32,199 nt of DNA, from NCBI GenBank assembly GCA_043786835.1, contig JAYVVR010000202.1, positions 1 to 32,199 on the forward strand. The letters are read 5' to 3'. Below the pieces are notes generated by a model, which was not told where the DNA came from, ran no database searches, and was given only the letters and a program-made list of their open reading frames with translations. Shown piece by piece: positions 1 to 7,761 of the stretch. Origin of the DNA: Armatimonadota bacterium (lineage in GTDB: Bacteria; Armatimonadota; Armatimonadia; Armatimonadales; Capsulimonadaceae). Each line of letters starts with the position of its first letter. The first letter of the stretch is position 1. Made by a program: the position numbers and the translations under genes.

Positions 1-393
1 GCACTGCACCAATCAGACATCACTGAAAACCGGGCTGCGGTTGTCCAGTCGTTCTTGGAAGAGTTCAGCCGGGTTCCGATTGCCGGCGAGATTGACGAAG
101 ACGCCGAGTGCATTGTTCTCACCACCGGTGCGGCGGAAGACACTCCCGAAACGCCTGCCGAACTTGAGCTTTTGACCCAGGACGATGCGTTGCTCTGCTT
201 CACGAGCGAAGAAAAGATGCGCGTTTGGGACACCGCCGGACGCAACGCCGTTGTTCTGCCCGGCCCGATTATCGCCCAGTTGTCCGCCCAGGCCGAAGTC
301 ACCCAGCTTCTCATCAACAAAGGCAGTGCCGACCAGCGCCTGCTCAAAATTGACGGCGACCGCTTGGACGTTGCTAACTCTTTGCCCTTATAG
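1..393 (+). CDS. 3' portion of a hypothetical protein, open at the window edge; weak resemblance to SseB-type proteins
   Basis: Frame 1 has no stop from nt 1 to TAG 391-393, so the TTG at 55 in the ORF track is only the first in-window start. The segment 'LLCFTSEEKMRVW' resembles the aFTs.e.l..w pattern I associate with SseB-like proteins. The family call is weak. Confidence 0.5.
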   Translation, partial: ALHQSDITENRAAVVQSFLEEFSRVPIAGEIDEDAECIVLTTGAAEDTPETPAELELLTQDDALLCFTSEEKMRVWDTAGRNAVVLPGPIIAQLSAQAEVTQLLINKGSADQRLLKIDGDRLDVANSLPL

Positions 394-417
394 CGCGAAA
401 AACCCGCAGATTTACGA

Positions 418-447
418 TTGCGAGTTAAGCTGCCTCCTTCCTATAAT
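418..447 (+). promoter_or_regulatory. Candidate sigma70-type promoter (TTGCGA-N18-TATAAT) for the 485-787 ORF
   Basis: TTGCGA at 418-423 and TATAAT at 442-447 with an 18-nt spacer, 38 nt upstream of ATG 485. Sequence match only. Confidence 0.35.
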
Positions 448-484
448 AGACTCACTTATCATTTCTGAAAGTGGGTCTATTTTT

Positions 485-787
485 ATGCACTCTTATTCTT
501 TACACGACTGTACTCCCGAAAGCCGGATCACTGCTATCTGCCGTGGCCTTGAAGCTGCCGATGTCCAGCAGCAGCTTTCCGCCTACTTTTCCGACCGGGC
601 GGAAGCCGACGCCCTCTGGCTGTTCTGGGCCGAATGGCGAGCAGTTGGACGGGTCGCACTCAGCCGCGAAACCGAGCTGTCCCCGTGGGAGATAGCCGAC
701 CGTCTCCGCCGCCTGCGCGAAGCCGGTGTCCCGGTGTTGTCCTGGTCCGTCGAAACCGATTTGATTGCCCGCGGACGTTTTTACTGA
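485..787 (+). CDS. Hypothetical protein, 100 aa
   Basis: ATG 485 is in frame with the listed 185-787 ORF. The longer form would overlap the upstream gene. A promoter-like site lies upstream and a strong terminator downstream. No recognisable family. Confidence 0.5.
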   Translation: MHSYSLHDCTPESRITAICRGLEAADVQQQLSAYFSDRAEADALWLFWAEWRAVGRVALSRETELSPWEIADRLRRLREAGVPVLSWSVETDLIARGRFY

Positions 788-809
788 GATTGACTCATAA
801 CAGAAATAC

Positions 810-850
810 AAAAAAGCGGACGCCAAGTATGATACTTGGCGTCCGCTTTT
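810..850. terminator. Bidirectional intrinsic terminator between convergent genes
   Basis: Perfect 14-bp stem gcggacgccaagta (816-829) / tacttggcgtccgc (833-846) with a 3-nt loop. It is flanked by an A-run (810-815) and a T-run (847-850). Confidence 0.8.
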
Positions 851-868
851 ATTCGTTACGCGGTCAGC

Positions 869-1120
869 TTACTTCAGCAAGTGTGCCGGGAGCTGTTTCT
901 GGCCGGCGACAATCGCCAGGAAGTTCCGGGACGTCAGCATCCGGGCCGCCACTTTGATCTTCTTCTTGCCGTGCGCCGTTTGGATCGTCACGCTTTGAAG
1001 ATTAACTTCGAACCGCCGCGCCTTTTGCGGGGCACGATGCGCCCATGAGCCGGAGTGCGGATGCCGCGTCCAGCGTCCTGCCTGGGCTTTGCGCCCGCTA
1101 ATGTCACATACTTTTGCCAT
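869..1120 (-). CDS. rpmB: 50S ribosomal protein L28
   Basis: N-terminus 'MAKVCDISGRKAQAG', then 'RRFEVNLQ' and 'KKIKVAARML', match the L28 pattern (MxxVCxxxGK...RRFxPNLQ...). It has a longer-than-usual loop before RRF. Confidence 0.9.
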   Translation of the reverse strand: MAKVCDISGRKAQAGRWTRHPHSGSWAHRAPQKARRFEVNLQSVTIQTAHGKKKIKVAARMLTSRNFLAIVAGQKQLPAHLLK

Positions 1121-1185
1121 AATGAGTGTTACGCTCCCTGAAGTTATACTGGTACTTACTGATTTTCTTGGAAAGATGACCCAGA

Positions 1186-1215
1186 ATTATAGCACCAGGA
1201 CGCGCCGCCTGTCAA
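1186..1215 (-). promoter_or_regulatory. Consensus sigma70-type promoter for rpmB (TTGACA-N18-TATAAT on the minus strand)
   Basis: Plus-strand tgtcaa at 1210-1215 and attata at 1186-1191 read as TTGACA and TATAAT on the minus strand. The spacer is 18 nt, about 65 nt upstream of the rpmB ATG (1120). Confidence 0.55.
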
Positions 1216-1430
1216 CCCTGTCACTGCCGGGTGGAAACAATCTCTGCTGAATTTGGGTATATAAGAATACTGCTTTTCGCCGGGAGTTTGTTATTAAGTT
1301 CGTTACTAGAAAGACTTTTGCAGGGTTCGTTTACGGAGCGGCCCTCTTCGGAACCGCCGCCTTTGCCGCCCCGCAGCCCACGCCCGTCAACCCACACTTC
1401 TACGATTACGATGCATCCGCGCCGTTTCCC

Positions 1431-2558
1431 GTGACCCAGACCCCCGACAAGGAAGCAAAAGCGGAAGCTGGCGGGGATATTGAAGTCACGCGGGTTTCCT
1501 ACTTAAGCCCGGTTGTGACCCCCTACCCCCAGAACTGCACTGTCACGGCATTTCTATTTCTGCCGAAAACGCCCGGCCCATATCCAGTCATGCTGGTCGA
1601 ACACGAATGGCTGCCGGTGACGCTCACCAATGAGTTTGTGCTGTGCGCGACACTGGCCCGTTCCGGTGTCGCCGCATTTCTCGTCGTTCAGCCCTACAGC
1701 TACAACCGCCGTATTCTGCCGCGTGTCCCTGATGTCGAGTTGCTGTCGGGCAACTCGCGCCAGACCGTCGCCGCCGTTCGCCAAGCCGTTCTCGACAACC
1801 GCCGCGCTCTTGATTGGCTGCAAACTCGCCCAGACATTGATCCCACGCGCATGGGCGTCGTCGGTATCAGTCTTGGGGGCATTCTCGCGCCGCTGATTGC
1901 CGGCGTTGACCACCGAGCGAAAGTGCTGGTTACCATTGTCGGCGGGGCCGACGTGTCCGATTTGGTCTACGACAGCTTTATCACCTACGGCCTGCGCCCA
2001 AGCCTGCTGTATCACAGGGTGACGTTTGACTCTCTCAAGCGCGATTACGCCCCCATCGAGCCGACCAACTGGCTCGGAGGCTTCGATTCGAGAAACGCGC
2101 TATTGTTTAATGGCCGCTTCGACGTTTTCGTCAATCCAAAACAAGCCCGTCATCTGGCAAAGGCCCTCGGCGGCGCAAAAATTGTCTGGATTCCCACCGG
2201 CCATTACGGAACCGTGTTTGCCGAGAAGAGAATTGAGACCATCGGCACCCAATTTGTCCGCTCCCGCTTCGGCCTCGACACCGCCCCGTTTGCGCCGCCT
2301 GCCTCACTGGCCGCGCCGACAATCAAGCTGGGTCTGCTGTTTGGCGGCCAGGAAGGCGTCAGCCCGCTTATTGCATATCAGGCGATTACGGCAGGTCCCG
2401 GCGCACGGTATTCGGTCGACGGTCAGCTCACGCTCCATGGCCTCGCCGTCGCCCCGTCGTTCCGAATAGACGAAAGCAATTCTCTCGGTTTGGAACTTCC
2501 ACTGCTCCATGGTAAGCCAAAGCCCCGCCTCTTTTACTCATTCAGCTTCACCCTGTAG
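1431..2558 (+). CDS. Alpha/beta hydrolase (dienelactone hydrolase / prolyl oligopeptidase-like serine hydrolase), probably secreted
   Basis: Nucleophile elbow 'GISLGG' (GxSxG) in an alpha/beta-fold context. GTG 1431 is the first canonical start, but the frame stays open back to 1251 and encodes a signal peptide there. The true start is likely ATT 1293 (see findings). Confidence 0.8.
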   Translation: MTQTPDKEAKAEAGGDIEVTRVSYLSPVVTPYPQNCTVTAFLFLPKTPGPYPVMLVEHEWLPVTLTNEFVLCATLARSGVAAFLVVQPYSYNRRILPRVPDVELLSGNSRQTVAAVRQAVLDNRRALDWLQTRPDIDPTRMGVVGISLGGILAPLIAGVDHRAKVLVTIVGGADVSDLVYDSFITYGLRPSLLYHRVTFDSLKRDYAPIEPTNWLGGFDSRNALLFNGRFDVFVNPKQARHLAKALGGAKIVWIPTGHYGTVFAEKRIETIGTQFVRSRFGLDTAPFAPPASLAAPTIKLGLLFGGQEGVSPLIAYQAITAGPGARYSVDGQLTLHGLAVAPSFRIDESNSLGLELPLLHGKPKPRLFYSFSFTL

Positions 2559-2566
2559 CCGCGCCC

Positions 2567-2848
2567 TTAGTGCGTCAGTAGCAAATAAAAGCCCATGGCG
2601 ATAAACAGGGCATCAATCATTAGTGCCCGCTGCCTGCGGCCTTCAAACTGGCGCAGTGCTTTCGGCGTGTCCGGCAGCAGCTTCGCTCGCTGCTTGAAAT
2701 ACGCGAGGCTAATGGCCCGGAAAATAAAGCCAAGTGCGACTAAAACGCCGCCGATGATCTTGAAAGGATCCAAAAACTTGCCTAGCTTGCAGTAAGAAGC
2801 GAGGAAATAGGTTTCTCTCGCTCCAAAATAACGTTCTTCGGACGACAC
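2567..2848 (-). CDS. Small hypothetical membrane protein, 93 aa, two predicted TM helices
   Basis: GTG start at 2848. Hydrophobic stretches 'IIGGVLVALGFIFRAISLAYF' and 'ALMIDALFIAMGFYLLLT'. No family recognised. Confidence 0.45.
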   Translation of the reverse strand: MSSEERYFGARETYFLASYCKLGKFLDPFKIIGGVLVALGFIFRAISLAYFKQRAKLLPDTPKALRQFEGRRQRALMIDALFIAMGFYLLLTH

Positions 2849-2853
2849 ACTGC

Positions 2854-2887
2854 GTGTGTTCTTACTCTTTGTGTGTTCTTACTCTTT
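2854..2887. repeat. Perfect tandem duplication of a 17-nt unit (gtgtgttcttactcttt x2)
   Basis: Copy 1 is 2854-2870 and copy 2 is 2871-2887, identical. It lies 5 nt upstream (minus sense) of the GTG start at 2848 and downstream of yajQ. Confidence 0.9.
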
Positions 2888-2951
2888 CGTCCGAAGGACG
2901 ACCTATTCAGTGAGTGAAGTTTACTTCCTCGCTTTGGCCGCTGTCAAGAAG

Positions 2952-3446
2952 TCAGCGATAGTTCGTAAACTGGATTGGGGCGTCCAATTCGGCGGCTTTG
3001 ATGGCAGTCATGGCTTCCTGCAAGTCGTCCTTGTTTTTGCCCGTGACCCGTACCTGCTCATCTTGGATCAGCGTCGTGACTTTGATGCCCTTGTCTTTAA
3101 TGAGCTTTGTAATCTTCTTCGCGATCTCGGTCGGCAGGCCGCTTTTGACCGTGACAACCTGCCGGACGGTGCCTTTCGACGCCTGTTCCAGCTTGCCGTA
3201 ATCGAGAAACTTGGTATCTACGCCGCGCTTGATCATCTTGGACTGCAAAACGTCAATTAGTGCCGTCAGGCGGGTTTCGTCATCCGAGGTCAGCGTGATT
3301 TTGTCTTTGCCGTCGTGGTCAATCTCGCTGACGCTGCCTCGAAAATCGAAGCGCGTCTCGATTTCCCTTTGCGCCTGCTGGATCGCGTTCTTGACTTCCT
3401 GCGGGTCTGATTTCGAGACCGCATCAAAACTGTATTCCGTTGCCAT
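2952..3446 (-). CDS. yajQ: YajQ family nucleotide / cyclic-di-GMP-binding protein (UPF0234)
   Basis: 164 aa. 'SFDAVSK.D.QEV.NA..QA.REI.TRFDFRG' at the N-terminus and 'IQFTNYR' at the C-terminus match the YajQ family end to end. AGGAG lies 9 nt upstream of the ATG. Confidence 0.9.
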   Translation of the reverse strand: MATEYSFDAVSKSDPQEVKNAIQQAQREIETRFDFRGSVSEIDHDGKDKITLTSDDETRLTALIDVLQSKMIKRGVDTKFLDYGKLEQASKGTVRQVVTVKSGLPTEIAKKITKLIKDKGIKVTTLIQDEQVRVTGKNKDDLQEAMTAIKAAELDAPIQFTNYR

Positions 3447-3471
3447 TATGAGGTGTCTCCTGTGACGTAAG

Positions 3472-4437
3472 TTAGCTTTCCTCTATCATACCCGGACAAC
3501 GCCCAATCGCAGGCAGTTTTGCAGGCAATGGTGCGATGACACCTGGCTTCCGCCCGAGACCGATTACGGCGGCGATCAAAAGCGCCAAGCCGAGCCACTC
3601 TCCGGCAGTAACCGACTTATGCTGGACAAAAATGCTGATGACAAGTGCCGTCAAGGGGTAACATAACTCCGCCAGCGTCGCCGCCGACGCCGAGGTACCG
3701 CGCAGGCCGAAGTAGTAGAGTACCATGCCGGAAAGATCGGGCAGCAGGACAATCAGTAGCAAAAAAATCGCCGCAAAAGGGACCGCATGCGTCGGTGCCG
3801 ACGGCGCACCGTTCGGCACGAGTGTCAGCAAAAGCAGCGCCGGGACCGCCAGCGCGAACCGCGCCCCCGCCAAGCCGCCGGGCGGAAGCGCCGCAGACAA
3901 AGACCTGCCTGCCACCGTCGCCGCCCCCCACAACGCCGACGCGCCTAGCGCAAGAAGCGCCTGCTCCGCATGGACATCCAGCAGCGACGGCGGCGCTTTA
4001 AACCCAATCAGCAAATATGCCCCGGCAAACGCTGCGATGCCCCACACCCAGAACAACGGCTGACGCCGCTCTTTCAGCAAAACACCCGCCAGCAGAATCG
4101 CCACAATCGGCTGCGTTTTTTGCAGTAGAACGACTGTCAATGCATGAGAAAAGTCCAGCGTGAATGCCTTCGTGTACATCCATGTCGCCAGTGCCGATCC
4201 GCCCCAGGCCACAAACAGCAGTGCGCCCCATTGCGCCCGAGTGAGGGCTGACAGCTTTACGCGCTCCCGCCAAAGCACCGGCACAAACAGCAGACTTAGA
4301 AGCGCATGCTCGCTCAGCACAAGCCAGGCTGGGGACCATCCTGCGCTGAGCGCGCAGGGACGGAGGAGCAAATCACTGCCCCAGAGCATGGCGGCCAGAG
4401 CAATCAATAGCGGGGAGTAAACACGGGTCGGTATCAC
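3472..4437 (-). CDS. EamA/DMT family transporter
   Basis: 321 aa with about 10 hydrophobic helices in two repeated halves, which is typical drug/metabolite transporter architecture. Confidence 0.75.
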   Translation of the reverse strand: MIPTRVYSPLLIALAAMLWGSDLLLRPCALSAGWSPAWLVLSEHALLSLLFVPVLWRERVKLSALTRAQWGALLFVAWGGSALATWMYTKAFTLDFSHALTVVLLQKTQPIVAILLAGVLLKERRQPLFWVWGIAAFAGAYLLIGFKAPPSLLDVHAEQALLALGASALWGAATVAGRSLSAALPPGGLAGARFALAVPALLLLTLVPNGAPSAPTHAVPFAAIFLLLIVLLPDLSGMVLYYFGLRGTSASAATLAELCYPLTALVISIFVQHKSVTAGEWLGLALLIAAVIGLGRKPGVIAPLPAKLPAIGRCPGMIEES

Positions 4438-4493
4438 GCGCTAATGATACCCGGTCTTAGCCCCCCAAACCATAAGACATTTGTTCGCTTTTC

Positions 4494-4502
4494 TGTTATA
4501 AT
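4494..4502 (+). promoter_or_regulatory. Candidate extended -10 element (TGTTATAAT) upstream of ftsK
   Basis: TG at 4494-4495 and TATAAT at 4497-4502, 38 nt before ATG 4541. AGGAG at 4527-4531 serves as the SD. No good -35. Confidence 0.3.
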
Positions 4503-4540
4503 AAGGTCACAGATGAACACTTTTCAGGAGACCCCTTCGC

Positions 4541-6937
4541 ATGGCCGTTAAATCGTCCCCCGAACGCCCGGCGGCACGGCAGCCGCGCCCGTCCCAAGCG
4601 CCCAGCCGAACGACCCCGCCGCGTCCACCGCGTAACAATAGCCGCTTCGCCCATGATATGTCCGGACTTGCGCTGCTTGCACTCGGCCTCATTCTCGGCG
4701 TCAGCCTTGTGCTGTCCCGTCGGGGCCATGCCGGGCTGCTCGGGGACTGGCTGGTGGTTGGCCTGCGCTCGGTGGTCGGCATCGGGGCCTGGGTCTTCCC
4801 CGCGCTTCTGTGCGCCGTCGGCTTCATGCTCATTCAAGGCAGGCACCGGACAACCCGAACAAACTTTGCCGGCGGCGCGGCCCTGCTGTTTCTCGTCGGC
4901 ATTTCCTGGTGGCATCTTGCTCACACGACCCGCGCGACCGAATGGACGGACATCACCGAAGGCGGCTATCTCGGCGCAGCAGTGTCATCGGGGCTTCGGG
5001 CGCTTGTCGGCGACGTTTCCACTCACATTGCTTTGTTTTTGTTCTCCGTCGGTGCGGTCGTTTGGGCCACTGACATGCGCCTGCTGCATTTGTTCGACCA
5101 CGCAGTCGCCGGCGGAAAGCGTGTCGGGGCACCAATTGCTCAGGGCGCTGAGGCACTCAGGGAGCGGGCCGCCCAGCGGCGGATCTATACGCCGGAACCC
5201 ACCCCGCCTCGTCCCTCGGTCTCCCCTCCCCTCTTGCAGCGTCTTGCCTCAGAGACGGGAAGGGCTGGAGTTTTAGATGCGCCGACCATTCGTATCGCCA
5301 CGCCTGAACCACCCGCCCCTATCCGCGACACGTCTTTGTCCTCCCTAACAGGGAGGACCCCTGCGAGCGAAGCGAACAAGGAGGTGGGCTCTAACATATC
5401 GGGTTCCATCCCTATCCTTCTATCCGAAACACCGAAAGCGCCTGCAGGGCCGCTGATTATTCCCGAGGCGCTTGGCGATGACGGCACCAAGCACGAATAT
5501 ATCCTACCGCCGCTTGAGCTTTTGAACGAAGCGCCGCCGAAGCCTGTCCAGCATGAGTCGGCCATCCGCGAAAAGCAGGCGGTTCTCATGCAGACACTCA
5601 ACGACTTCAAGATCGGCGCGAATGTCTCCCAGGTCGCGATGGGGCCGACCGTCACCCGTTACGAAGTCCAGCTTGAGCCGGGCATTCTGGTCCGCAAAAT
5701 CGTTGCCCTCGCTGACAATCTTGCCATGTCGCTCGCCGCGATTGATGTCCGGGTCGAAGCCCCCATCCCCGGCAAGGCCGCCATCGGCATCGAAGTCCCG
5801 AACGATGTCACCCAGATGGTGTCTTTGCGTGAATGCCTCGCCACAAACGAGTTTATGAACGCTCCGTCGAAGCTGACATTTGCACTCGGCAAAGACGTTT
5901 CCGGCGAATACAAATATGCCGACCTGACCCGAATGCCGCACCTCTTAGTCGGTGGCAGCACGAACAGCGGCAAAAGCGTGTGTTTAAACGTCATTATCAG
6001 CTCGATCATCTACCGGGCGACCCCGCGCGAAGTCAAGTTCGTCATGATTGACCCGAAGCGCGTCGAGCTATCGCTGTATGACGGCATTCCGCACCTGCTC
6101 GCGCCGGTCATCAAAGATGTCAAGCAGGCCGCCGGCATCTTTCGGAGCGTCCTCAAAGAAATGGAAGAGCGCTACGACCGCTTTGCCCGGCTTGGCACCC
6201 GGAACATCGAAGGCTTCAATTCCCGTGTCCCGCCCGAAGAGCGCCTGCCGTTTATCGTGGTGGTCGTGGACGAACTTGCCGATCTCATGATGCAGCAGGG
6301 TCCCGAAGTCGAGACTTCTATCTGCAGGATCGCCCAATTAGCCCGCGCCACCGGCATCCATCTGGTGATTGCCACCCAGCGCCCGTCGGTGGACGTCATC
6401 ACCGGTACGATTAAAGCCAATATCTCATCGCGCATTGCCTTCGCCGTCGCCACGCAGATAGACAGCCGGACCATTATTGACATGCCCGGCGCGGACCGGC
6501 TGATTGGGCGCGGCGATATGCTCTATATGCCGATTGACGCCGCAAAGCCTCTTCGCGTCCAGGGCTGCTACGTCGGTGAGCGCGAGACCGAAGAACTCGT
6601 CAAATACTTACGCAATCAAGAAGAAGCCGTCTACACCATGATCCCCTCCGAGTCCAGTAGTGGCGGCTACGGCGCGGACGGCGGGGACGACGGCTCTTCC
6701 GACGAGCTGTTTGAACCCTGCGTTCGCTGGCTCGTCATGCAGGGCCAGTGTTCAACGTCCAGCTTGCAGCGCAAGTTCAAGATTGGCTACACCCGTGCCG
6801 CCCGCCTTGTAGAAGTCATGGAAGCCCGCCAGATCGTCGGCTCTCAAGACGGCGTCAAGCCCCGCGAGATCCTGCTGCGCTCCGAAAACCTAGAAACCTT
6901 CTTCGCTGGCACCCAGCAGGGCGATCTAGGACAGTGA
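4541..6937 (+). CDS. ftsK: DNA translocase FtsK/SpoIIIE
   Basis: 798 aa. N-terminal TM helices, a Pro/Ser-rich linker, a motor domain with Walker A 'GGSTNSGKS' and Walker B 'VVVVDELADLM', and a C-terminal gamma-like winged helix ('QRKFKIGYTRAARLVEVME'). Confidence 0.95.
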   Translation: MAVKSSPERPAARQPRPSQAPSRTTPPRPPRNNSRFAHDMSGLALLALGLILGVSLVLSRRGHAGLLGDWLVVGLRSVVGIGAWVFPALLCAVGFMLIQGRHRTTRTNFAGGAALLFLVGISWWHLAHTTRATEWTDITEGGYLGAAVSSGLRALVGDVSTHIALFLFSVGAVVWATDMRLLHLFDHAVAGGKRVGAPIAQGAEALRERAAQRRIYTPEPTPPRPSVSPPLLQRLASETGRAGVLDAPTIRIATPEPPAPIRDTSLSSLTGRTPASEANKEVGSNISGSIPILLSETPKAPAGPLIIPEALGDDGTKHEYILPPLELLNEAPPKPVQHESAIREKQAVLMQTLNDFKIGANVSQVAMGPTVTRYEVQLEPGILVRKIVALADNLAMSLAAIDVRVEAPIPGKAAIGIEVPNDVTQMVSLRECLATNEFMNAPSKLTFALGKDVSGEYKYADLTRMPHLLVGGSTNSGKSVCLNVIISSIIYRATPREVKFVMIDPKRVELSLYDGIPHLLAPVIKDVKQAAGIFRSVLKEMEERYDRFARLGTRNIEGFNSRVPPEERLPFIVVVVDELADLMMQQGPEVETSICRIAQLARATGIHLVIATQRPSVDVITGTIKANISSRIAFAVATQIDSRTIIDMPGADRLIGRGDMLYMPIDAAKPLRVQGCYVGERETEELVKYLRNQEEAVYTMIPSESSSGGYGADGGDDGSSDELFEPCVRWLVMQGQCSTSSLQRKFKIGYTRAARLVEVMEARQIVGSQDGVKPREILLRSENLETFFAGTQQGDLGQ
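5333..5390 (+). repeat. Copy A of the CCTCCC/GGGAGG hairpin repeat, embedded in frame in the ftsK linker
   Basis: 9-bp hairpin gtcctccct-aac-agggaggac (5338-5358). Its flanks match copy B at 9801-9864 (22 of 28 nt over the core, plus a shared caagNaggtggg block). Confidence 0.7.
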
Positions 6938-6973
6938 TTGGAATAAGAATGTTGTCCGCCCCGAAGTTATCCA

Positions 6974-7687
6974 ATGTTGTTTGCTAACCATCGCAGTGAG
7001 TGGGAGGAGCTAGATTCTTTAGGGGAGCCGACTGTCGGGAGAGCACTCCCCGTCGGCGGCTTTGTTTTCGGCAACTCTTTTGACGCACTTCTGCGGAATA
7101 TTTCAGCAGATTATCTGGGGGCAGTCTGGAAACGATTATCGGATGTACTGGAACAAAATCAGATGACCGTTCGGGACTTATCCTGGGGGTGGATGTATCC
7201 AGGCGAAACAGGGTTTGCCGACTCAAGTGGAGCGTCCGCAGGTCATTCCGCGCCAAGTGACTATTTTGGCTGGACAAGCTGTGAGCTTTCAGAAATTTGG
7301 CGCTCGAACCAACTGAGTCAACTAGACGAAATTCTTAAAGCAGGCGTGCCGCCACTCCGGTGTACGGCGACATGGCGCTCTTTAAAATGGCGGATTGCAC
7401 CCGATAATTTTCCACTTGCGCTGAACCTTGTCGAAGCCCTGTGCGTAGAGGACATCGTAGAGTGGAGTCCAAACGTCGTTCTGGCTGGTGTTACGGCCCC
7501 TCCGGAACTTTGGCGAACGGCAGCCTTGGCGATTCAGAACAACGACCAGGAGCATCTTGATCGTATTGTGAAAGAAGCACAAAAATCTTATACGACTTTG
7601 GGCTTCCGCATATTCGTTCTCGGTTATACGAAGTATTTAAACGGCGGTGGATACACAGGCGCACTCAGGGTACCGTCGATTGAATAA
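6974..7687 (+). CDS. Hypothetical protein, 237 aa
   Basis: Long ORF directly after ftsK with non-repetitive composition. No motif I can assign. Confidence 0.55.
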   Translation: MLFANHRSEWEELDSLGEPTVGRALPVGGFVFGNSFDALLRNISADYLGAVWKRLSDVLEQNQMTVRDLSWGWMYPGETGFADSSGASAGHSAPSDYFGWTSCELSEIWRSNQLSQLDEILKAGVPPLRCTATWRSLKWRIAPDNFPLALNLVEALCVEDIVEWSPNVVLAGVTAPPELWRTAALAIQNNDQEHLDRIVKEAQKSYTTLGFRIFVLGYTKYLNGGGYTGALRVPSIE

Positions 7688-7761
7688 TTTCTGATTTCTG
7701 TTTTGTGTTTCAGTGGATTGCCTTGCTTTTGCATAAAGCGTATTAGGGCGAACTATTCAGA

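Noticed and set aside
185-787. 200-aa ORF as listed in the track
   Set aside because: Its first 100 codons overlap the 3' end of the upstream gene in another frame and are Arg/Pro/Ser-rich off-frame noise. ATG 485, behind a promoter-like site, gives a compact 100-aa protein.
1231-1434. 67-aa ORF upstream of the hydrolase as a separate gene
   Set aside because: Its Pro/Ser/Arg-rich tail is typical of an alternative frame. The hydrolase frame itself encodes a far better signal peptide over the same nucleotides.
2854-2887. The tandem repeat as a possible CRISPR or minisatellite array
   Set aside because: It has only two contiguous 17-nt copies with no spacers. It is reported as a simple tandem duplication instead.
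4653-5276. 207-aa ORF inside ftsK in an alternative frame
   Set aside because: It is Cys/Ser/Pro/Arg-rich off-frame noise. The ftsK frame is unambiguous.
6938-6973. Imperfect inverted repeat ttggaataa...gttatccaa right after ftsK, as a dif site or terminator
   Set aside because: It has only about 8 bp with a bulge and an 18-nt loop. There is no T-run and no resemblance to the XerCD dif consensus that I can see.
7040-7071. Hairpin gccgac..gggag-agca-ctccc..gtcggc as another copy of the GGGAGG repeat
   Set aside because: It lies inside the 6974-7687 CDS. Its flanks do not match the repeat family, and the stem is short and asymmetric. It is probably coincidental.
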